Assembly (NCBI GenBank): GCA_002419215.1
Contig: DIFQ01000001.1
Coordinates: 53,143 to 117,142, forward strand
Length of the DNA stretch: 64,000 nucleotides
Direction of reading: 5' to 3'
Source of the DNA: Syntrophaceae bacterium UBA5744
GTDB lineage: Bacteria > Desulfobacterota > Syntrophia > Syntrophales > UBA2192
In this document: positions 57,999 through 64,000 of the stretch, piece by piece
Layout: every line of letters begins with the position of its first letter
How positions within the stretch are numbered: the first letter of the stretch is position 1
Translations under genes and position numbers: made by a program
Notes under the pieces: generated by a model
Databases searched by the model: none
Seen by the model: the letters and a program-made list of their open reading frames with translations, nothing else
Told to the model about the DNA's origin: nothing

Positions 57999-59396
57999 AT
58001 GAACCGAATGTACCTGCTGCTTTTCGGCCTCGCAATCGCTCTTGCGGGGACCGCGCTCTGGGCCTTTAACACGGTCCTCGAGTTCGAAAAACCCGCCATT
58101 GACCTGAAGGAGGATCTCTCCACGATCGGCCAGGGCAGATTCATTGCGCTGAGCGTCTCCGATCAGAAGAGCGGGATCCGGAGTGTCTCCGCCACGATCA
58201 GCCAGGACGGCAAGGACCACGTTGTTCTGTCTGAAAACTACCCCGGGGGTACGAGGGAACAGGCGCTGAGCCCCGAGCTGAACCTGCGCGGGCTCCATCT
58301 CAAAGACGGCCCGGCGACGATCACCATCACGGCCGAGGATCATTCGTGGCTGAAGAACCGGACAACGCTCGCCGTGGAGACGTCCATCGACACCGTGCCG
58401 CCGCAGATCGGCCTGATCAGTTCGGCTCACAACGTCAATGCCGGAGGCACCGGTGTCGCCCTGTACCGGGTTTCGGAAGAAGTGACCCGAACGGGCATCC
58501 GTGTGGGGGATCGCTTCTTCCAGGGCTACCCTTACGCCATCCAGGCCAAACCGTGCCACATCGCCTATTTCGCCATCCCGGTCTCGGCCTCCAAAGGGGG
58601 ACTCAAGATCCTGATCACGGCACGGGACAAGGCGGGAAACGAATCGTCCGTGATTCTTCCCCATCTCGTGAGAGAAAAGAAATTCAAAGATGACAAGATC
58701 ACTCTGAGCCGCGCGTTCCTGGAACAGAAAATGCCGGAGTTCAGGCAGCATGATTCCCGGGTCCCTGCCACGCCTCTGGAAGCCTTCCTGTTCGTCAACG
58801 AGACGTTGCGCGTCGAGAACGCCAGGACGATCCAGGCAGCCGGCAGCAAGACCCAGCCGAAGGCGCTCTGGGAGGGCACGTTCCTGCGCATGAAGAACGC
58901 GGCACCCATGGCCGGCTTCGCCCAGGAAAGGACCTATCTCTTCGAGGGGATGGCCGTGAGCAAGAGCACCCACCTGGGTGTGGACCTCGCCTCGACGGAG
59001 CGAGCCCCCATCGAGTCGGCAAACAGCGGCGTGGTGGTTCATGCCGGATACCTGGGGATCTACGGCAACACCGTCATTGTGGATCACGGCCTGGGCCTTT
59101 CCAGCCTTTACGCGCATCTGTCGGATATCAGCGTGAAAATCGGACAGAACGTGGCCAGGGGAGAAACACTGGGCTCAAGCGGCAGCACGGGCCTTGCAGG
59201 CGGCGACCACCTGCACTTCAGCATCCTCGTCGGAGGCGAGTTCGTGAACCCCACGGAGTGGTGGGACGCCCACTGGATCCGGGACAACGTGACGGGCAAG
59301 CTGACCGAGACGGCATCGCAGGAAGCCCCCGCAACCCAGAAGGCACAGCCGGCAAAGGCCAAGGCGAAGGGGAAAAAGAAAAAGGCCAGGGGTTAA
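57999..59396 (+). CDS. M23 family metallopeptidase with N-terminal TM and Lys/Ala-rich tail
   Basis: HLGVDLA (HxxxD) and GSSGSTGLAGGDHLHFSI (HxH). C-terminal AKAKAKGKKKKARG. Confidence 0.8.
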   Translation: MNRMYLLLFGLAIALAGTALWAFNTVLEFEKPAIDLKEDLSTIGQGRFIALSVSDQKSGIRSVSATISQDGKDHVVLSENYPGGTREQALSPELNLRGLHLKDGPATITITAEDHSWLKNRTTLAVETSIDTVPPQIGLISSAHNVNAGGTGVALYRVSEEVTRTGIRVGDRFFQGYPYAIQAKPCHIAYFAIPVSASKGGLKILITARDKAGNESSVILPHLVREKKFKDDKITLSRAFLEQKMPEFRQHDSRVPATPLEAFLFVNETLRVENARTIQAAGSKTQPKALWEGTFLRMKNAAPMAGFAQERTYLFEGMAVSKSTHLGVDLASTERAPIESANSGVVVHAGYLGIYGNTVIVDHGLGLSSLYAHLSDISVKIGQNVARGETLGSSGSTGLAGGDHLHFSILVGGEFVNPTEWWDAHWIRDNVTGKLTETASQEAPATQKAQPAKAKAKGKKKKARG

Positions 59397-59420
59397 GGGT
59401 ATCGGGTAAGGAAAAGAAGC
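59397..59420 (+). repeat. truncated G3-heptad copy A5 abutting the M23 peptidase stop
   Basis: The + strand reads TAA-GGGTATCGGGTAAGGAAAAGAAG, with the same unit and purine tail as A1-A3. Confidence 0.7.
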
Positions 59421-59433
59421 GTCTCATATGAAG

Positions 59434-59480
59434 AAAACCCCCTGTCAGCAGTGCTGCAGGGGGTTTGTTATTCTTTTTTC
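59434..59480. terminator. bidirectional terminator between the convergent M23 and rapZ genes
   Basis: CCCCCTG(T)CAGC-AGT-GCTGCAGGGGG stem, flanked by AAGAAAA on the left and TTTGTTATTCTTTTTT on the right. Confidence 0.75.
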
Positions 59481-59526
59481 ATTTTCTCTTTTACCCTAGA
59501 CCCGATCCCCGAGACCCGATACCCTA
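59471..59526 (-). repeat. G3-heptad array A3 overlapping the rapZ stop codon
   Basis: The minus strand reads TAGGGTATCGGGTCTCGGGGATCGGGTCTAGGGTAAAAGAGAAAATG. C-tracts on the + strand at 59494, 59501, 59508, 59515 and 59522. Confidence 0.9.
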
Positions 59527-60390
59527 TGATCGGTGTATGTCGCGATGCGTTGCGTTGACCAGGTAATTTTCGCCGGAGAAGTACAGGGCCAGTCGGTTGG
59601 CCATGACGACGGAACGGTGCTTGCCGCCTGTGCAGCCCAGTGCCACGTTGAGGCTCGACTTTCCCTCCTTCTCGTAGAGAGGGATCAGGAATTCCATCAT
59701 GTTCAGCAACTGCTCCAGGAAGGTCCTGCTCTCCTCCCACCCCATGACATATTCCTGGATTTTTTCGTCTTGCCCGTTGAGGTGCTTCAATTCTTCGATG
59801 AAGTAGGGATTGGGCAGGAAACGCACGTCCAGCACGATGTCCGCTTCGGGAGGAAGCCCGTAGCGGTAACCGAACGACATCAGGTTGATCACGAGGCGCT
59901 TTTCGGTCGTCGACGTCATGAAATGTCTCTGGACGACTTCCTTGAGCTGGTGGACATTGAACGAGGAGGTGTCGACCACCTTGTCCGCCATCGCACGCAG
60001 GGCCGAGAGTCTCTCCCGCTCCAGCGAAATCCCCTCCATCACGGTCCCCCGCTCACAGAGCGGGTGCGCCCGCCTCGTCTCGCTGAACCTTCGAAGCAGA
60101 GACTCGTCGCTGGCGTCCAGAAAGAGGATCTCGATCCGGTGCCCCTCCTCCTTGAGTCTGGCGAAGATCTCCGCATACTTCTCCAGGAAGTACCGTTCCC
60201 GCAGATCCATGACGAGGGCAACCTTGCTGATTTCGCTGGCAGCGTCGGTCTGGATCTCGAGAAGTTTCGGAAGAAGGACGACGGGAAGGTTGTCGACGCA
60301 GAAGAAACCCACGTCCTCAAGCGCCCGAAGGGCCGTGCTCTTGCCGGAGCCGGACATGCCGGTGACGATGATGACTCTGAGGTTCTGCAT
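59524..60390 (-). CDS. rapZ: RNase adapter protein RapZ
   Basis: [31 protein letters not shown]. 288 aa. Located in the rpoN cluster. Confidence 0.9.
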   Translation of the reverse strand: MQNLRVIIVTGMSGSGKSTALRALEDVGFFCVDNLPVVLLPKLLEIQTDAASEISKVALVMDLRERYFLEKYAEIFARLKEEGHRIEILFLDASDESLLRRFSETRRAHPLCERGTVMEGISLERERLSALRAMADKVVDTSSFNVHQLKEVVQRHFMTSTTEKRLVINLMSFGYRYGLPPEADIVLDVRFLPNPYFIEELKHLNGQDEKIQEYVMGWEESRTFLEQLLNMMEFLIPLYEKEGKSSLNVALGCTGGKHRSVVMANRLALYFSGENYLVNATHRDIHRS

Positions 60391-60485
60391 TCAGCACCCC
60401 GGGAAAGGCGCATGCGCTGGAAGTGTGGAAGACCGGGATCGCGTACCGCAACACCGTTTGACAGGTGCCGATGACTCGCGTGGTT

Positions 60486-60947
60486 TTAATAGGACTCGTC
60501 TTTATCGGCGATTTTCCGGTAGAGTTCCTCCGCGTTGTTAGCCGACAGGAGGTCGTTTCGGAATTCCGGGTCCTTGAGCATGCGCGAAATCTTCGCCAGG
60601 GCCTTGAGGTGCTGGCCCGTCGAGCTCTCCGGGGCCATCAGCAGGAAAAAGATGTGCGCGGGCCTGCCGTCAATGGAATCGAAGTCGATGCCCTCCCGGC
60701 TGCGCCCGAAGGAAATGACCAGGCTGTCCAGGCCCTTGAGTTTTCCGTGCGGAATGGCGATGCCGTCACCGATCCCCGTGCTGCCGAGCTTTTCCCGCTC
60801 CAGCAGGACTTCGATCATCGCCTCGGGATGGATGCCCGCGTGATCGCGGGTGAAGATCTCCGACAATTCCGCCAGTACGGCTCGCTTGGATTTCGCCTTC
60901 AAGGCCTCGATGATATATTCCTTCTTGAACATGTCGGTGATCTGCAT
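60486..60947 (-). CDS. ptsN: PTS IIA-like nitrogen regulatory protein PtsN
   Basis: Starts at the ATG at 60947 (MQITDMFKKEYII...). GIGDGIAIPHGK carries the phosphorylatable His. Confidence 0.85.
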   Translation of the reverse strand: MQITDMFKKEYIIEALKAKSKRAVLAELSEIFTRDHAGIHPEAMIEVLLEREKLGSTGIGDGIAIPHGKLKGLDSLVISFGRSREGIDFDSIDGRPAHIFFLLMAPESSTGQHLKALAKISRMLKDPEFRNDLLSANNAEELYRKIADKDESY

Positions 60948-60960
60948 GGGGCCCCTCCGC

Positions 60961-61500
60961 TCAGCTGTTTGCCTCGAGCAGTGCGAAGTTCCCGTCATCC
61001 CGGCGGTAGATGACGCTGATGTTTTCCGAGTTGATGTCCCGGTAGATGACGAACCGGTTTCGGGAACCCTCCAGGGTGATGATGGCCTCCTCCAGGGACA
61101 TGGGCTCCAGGACGACCCTGCGGGTCTCCACGACCCTGAGCCTCGATTCCTCTTCGAATGGCGCCGGCGCCGTCCGGGGCTCCCCCTTCTCCTCGGAGCG
61201 GTTCGGACTGGCCTTGTGGTCCCGGCTTTTCTCCTTGTGCTTCTTGATCTGGCGCTCAATCTTGTCGATGACATTGTCGATGGCCAATTGCATGTCCTTG
61301 GCCTCCTCCTTCCCGACGAGGTTGATGCCCTTGGCCATGATGTTGATTTCGGCCACGTTCCTGAATTTTTCAACGGAAAGGACGACGTGGGCTTCCACGG
61401 GTTTGTCGATGTACTTCTGGAGCTTGCTCAGCCGCTCCGTCGCATAGTCCTTGAACCAACTTTCCGACCCTGTATTCCGAAAGGTCACGGAAACCTGCAT
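60961..61500 (-). CDS. hpf: ribosome hibernation promoting factor (long HPF)
   Basis: Starts at the ATG at 61500, 8 nt after AGGAGG. MQVSVTFRN...EINIMAKG...IDKIERQIKKHKEK plus the C-terminal dimerisation domain. Confidence 0.9.
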   Translation of the reverse strand: MQVSVTFRNTGSESWFKDYATERLSKLQKYIDKPVEAHVVLSVEKFRNVAEINIMAKGINLVGKEEAKDMQLAIDNVIDKIERQIKKHKEKSRDHKASPNRSEEKGEPRTAPAPFEEESRLRVVETRRVVLEPMSLEEAIITLEGSRNRFVIYRDINSENISVIYRRDDGNFALLEANS

Positions 61501-61706
61501 GCTCTGTTTCCTCCTCATCCTTGCTCAACTAAAGATTGTGGTTGCCCCCTGCCTCCATCCCGGTGTTCTTGCAAGATTGACGCCCCGGGGAGGGCATGAC
61601 GACCGGCGGGATACTGTCACGCGGTAGTTCGCACAGCGGCTGTCCATCGAGTCCCGATGACCGCCGCGGGAATGGCTGCCGGGGCCGTTCGAAAAATAAG
61701 CAATGC

Positions 61707-61735
61707 TCTATAGGCCAGAACCGGATGCTTGTCAA
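61707..61735 (-). promoter_or_regulatory. sigma-70-type promoter abutting the rpoN stop codon, driving hpf with a leader of about 200 nt
   Basis: The minus strand reads TAA-TTGACA-N17-TATAGA. Confidence 0.5.
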
Positions 61736-63196
61736 TTAATTTTTAGCTTTCAGGATGTATTTCTTCCTCTTCGAAGACGGGAGGATCCCCATCATCTCCC
61801 TGTACTTGGCGACGGTCCGCCTGGCAATGGAGATGCCCTGTCGGCTCAGGATGTCGACGATCTCGCTGTCGCTCAGCGGCTTGCGGGCGTCTTCGCCGCT
61901 GATGATTTTCCGGATCTCTTCCTGGACGCTCTTCGATGCGATGGCATCGCCGCTGGTCTTGCTGATGCTGCTGTTGAAGAAATACTTCAACTCGAAGATC
62001 CCCCGGGGCGTATGCATATACTTGTTGGTCGTCACGCGGCTGATGGTGGACTCGTGCATCTCCACGTCATCGGCGACGTCGCGCAACACCAGGGGCTTCA
62101 GAAACTGGATCCCCTGGTCGAAGAATTCCCGCTGGAATTTGACGATACTCTCCGTGACCCGGAAGATGGTTCGCTGGCGCTGCTGGATGCTCTTGATGAG
62201 CCAGGTGGCCGACTGGAGACGCTCCTTGATATATTTTTTGCACTCGTCGGCGCTCTGGGCCCCTTCCGACCCTCCTCCCAGGATCTCCCGGTAGAAGTTG
62301 CTGATCCGGAGCCTCGGCAGTCCTTCGTCATTGAGGATGATCTTGTACTCGTCGCTCACCTTGAAGACGAACACATCGGGGATGATGTACTGGGGACCCT
62401 CATCGCTGTATACCAGTCCCGGCTTCGGGTCCATCCGGCTGATGAGGAAGATGGCGTCCAGGATGTCCGCCAGCGGAATCTTCAGTTTCTTGGCGATGTT
62501 ATTGTAGTTCTTGGTCTCCAGGTCGTGGAGGTGGTCCCGGATGATGGTTTCGACCAGGGCGTTCTGAACCCCGAGGACCTTTGCCTGCGCCATCAGGCAT
62601 TCCTTGAGGTCCCTGGCCGCTATTCCCGGCGGGTCGAATTCCTGGATCTTGGCCAGCACTTTTTCGACAACCTCGTGGCTGACCTTCTCCTGTTCGCCGA
62701 TCTCCTCGACAGTGGCCGCAAGGTACCCGCTCGAATCGAGGTTGCCGATGATCTGTTCGGCGACTTTCCGCTCCGCCTCCGACAGCGTGGAGAGCCTCAG
62801 CTGCCACATGAGATGGTCCGAGAGGGTCGTCTTCCGGGTGAGCATGTTCTCCCAGGATGGCCCCTCGTCCTCCTCGCGGTCGTAGGTCACCCTCATGGGG
62901 CCGTAATCTTCGAGGTAGCTGTCCCAGTCGAAATCCTCCTTGCCGTCGCCCTCCCCCGTCACCTCGCCTGTCCGCTCCGCCGTCTTGACCTCGCTGACTT
63001 CGGGTGCCGGGGCCCCCTCTTCTCCGAATTCCTCGGTGGCCCGCTCCTCGAGCAGGGGGTTCTCTTCCATCTCCTGCTGGATCATGTCGATGAGCTCGAT
63101 CCGGGAGAGCTGCAGGAGCTTGATGGCCTGCTGCAGCTGAGGCGTCATGATCAGCTGCTGGCTCAGTTTGAGGCTCTGTTTGAGTTCGAACGTCAT
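61736..63196 (-). CDS. rpoN: RNA polymerase sigma-54 factor
   Basis: N-terminus LKLSQQLIMTPQLQQAIKLLQLS and C-terminal RpoN box ARRTVAKYRE. Confidence 0.95.
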   Translation of the reverse strand: MTFELKQSLKLSQQLIMTPQLQQAIKLLQLSRIELIDMIQQEMEENPLLEERATEEFGEEGAPAPEVSEVKTAERTGEVTGEGDGKEDFDWDSYLEDYGPMRVTYDREEDEGPSWENMLTRKTTLSDHLMWQLRLSTLSEAERKVAEQIIGNLDSSGYLAATVEEIGEQEKVSHEVVEKVLAKIQEFDPPGIAARDLKECLMAQAKVLGVQNALVETIIRDHLHDLETKNYNNIAKKLKIPLADILDAIFLISRMDPKPGLVYSDEGPQYIIPDVFVFKVSDEYKIILNDEGLPRLRISNFYREILGGGSEGAQSADECKKYIKERLQSATWLIKSIQQRQRTIFRVTESIVKFQREFFDQGIQFLKPLVLRDVADDVEMHESTISRVTTNKYMHTPRGIFELKYFFNSSISKTSGDAIASKSVQEEIRKIISGEDARKPLSDSEIVDILSRQGISIARRTVAKYREMMGILPSSKRKKYILKAKN

Positions 63197-63267
63197 TCCC
63201 TTTTCCCTGAGACTCTTTCTCCACGAATGTCGATAAAAACCGGGTTAAAGGCTTCCGTCAACATCCG

Positions 63268-63990
63268 TTAAAATCGGAAATCATCACCCAGGTAAAATTT
63301 ACGGGCGATTTTACTCTCTGCGATCATCTCCGGCAAGCCCTCAATGAGCACCGTCCCCTCGTTGAGAATGTAGGCCCGATCGCAGACCGAGAGGGTCTCC
63401 CTCACGTTGTGGTCCGAGATCACCACCCCGATGCCCTTGGACTTGAGCTTCTGGATGATCTTCTGGATATCGGCCACGGCCAGCGGGTCGATCCCCGCGA
63501 AGGGCTCGTCGAGAAGGATGAACCGCGGCGAGGTCACCAGCGCCCGGGTGATCTCCACCCGCCTTCTCTCCCCTCCCGAAAGGGAGTAGGCCTTGCTTCC
63601 CGCAAGATCGGTGAGATCGAGCTCGCCGAGCAATTGTTTGAGCCTATTCTTCCTCTCCTCGCTTTCGATGTCAAGCGTTTCGAGAATGGCCAGGATATTT
63701 TCCTCGACGGTCAGTTTCCTGAATACGGAGGGTTCCTGGGGCAGGTAATTGATCCCCTTGCGAGCCCTCACAAACATGGGGTCCCGGGTGATTTCCTCGG
63801 AGTCGAGGAAAATTCGACCGTCGTCGGGCTTGATGAGCCCGACGATCATGTAGAAGGTAGTCGTCTTTCCGGCCCCGTTGGGACCGAGAAGGCCCACAAC
63901 TTCCCCGGGGCGGATCTCGAGGTCCACGCCGCTGACGACCTTCCGTCCCCCGTACACCTTTGTCAATGCCCTGGCTTCGAGTATTTCCAT
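63268..63990 (-). CDS. lptB: LPS export ABC transporter ATP-binding protein
   Basis: Walker A GPNGAGKTT, signature LSGGERRR, Walker B ILLDEP. Immediately upstream of rpoN. Confidence 0.9.
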   Translation of the reverse strand: MEILEARALTKVYGGRKVVSGVDLEIRPGEVVGLLGPNGAGKTTTFYMIVGLIKPDDGRIFLDSEEITRDPMFVRARKGINYLPQEPSVFRKLTVEENILAILETLDIESEERKNRLKQLLGELDLTDLAGSKAYSLSGGERRRVEITRALVTSPRFILLDEPFAGIDPLAVADIQKIIQKLKSKGIGVVISDHNVRETLSVCDRAYILNEGTVLIEGLPEMIAESKIARKFYLGDDFRF

Positions 63991-64000
63991 GGACTGCGCA

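Noticed and set aside
61707-61726. Sigma-54 promoter look-alike TGGCCTATAGAGCATTGC upstream of hpf
   Set aside because: The GG and GC elements are 15 nt apart instead of 12, and the -24 box is TGGCCT. A sigma-70 reading (TTGACA-N17-TATAGA) fits much better.
61703-63271. 522-aa plus-strand ORF; similarly 57897-59117 (-), 11371-12783 (+), 15626-16234 (+) and others
   Set aside because: All are antisense or alternative frames of confidently identified genes (rpoN, the M23 peptidases, argJ). Their composition is typical of shadow ORFs.

Overview
GC-rich (by eye about 60%, not computed) bacterial chromosome segment with a Desulfobacterota/deltaproteobacterial-type gene set. It is almost entirely core housekeeping. 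Bases 1-20257 are all minus-strand genes: rsmD, asd, pssA-psd, tsaB, the conserved rseP-dxr-cdsA-uppS-frr-pyrH-tsf-rpsB block, argJ, secA, an M23 peptidase and a two-subunit biotin carboxylase. After that come an EF-G paralog coupled to mogA, ligA, acyP, a PAS-LuxR regulator next to an acyl-CoA dehydrogenase/CoA-transferase pair, a LIV-type ABC transporter, adk, lepA, hemW, an envelope-modification cluster (GT39, GtrA, GT9, PAP2), an SPFH/NfeD pair, coaBC, and the lptB-rpoN-hpf-ptsN-rapZ cluster. I found no transposase, integrase, phage, CRISPR-cas, tRNA/rRNA or recognisable defence genes. I cannot honestly point to a new protein-encoded system. The unusual signal is noncoding. The intergenic spacers are filled with short-period (7-8 nt) tandem-repeat modules. 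These include a family of (GGGNNNN)4-5 arrays that always sit on the sense strand at or next to stop codons and are candidate G-quadruplex formers. A second family is a roughly 90-nt palindromic element built from GGAAG octamers, present in four copies. Other points: an unlisted 29-aa basic ORF, a canonical terminator 11 nt before the secA start, a long promoter-proximal hpf leader, and several start codons reassigned from the ORF track. The many long ORFs antisense to real genes are GC-rich artefacts. All calls come from reading translations and motifs by eye; no searches or computations were run.
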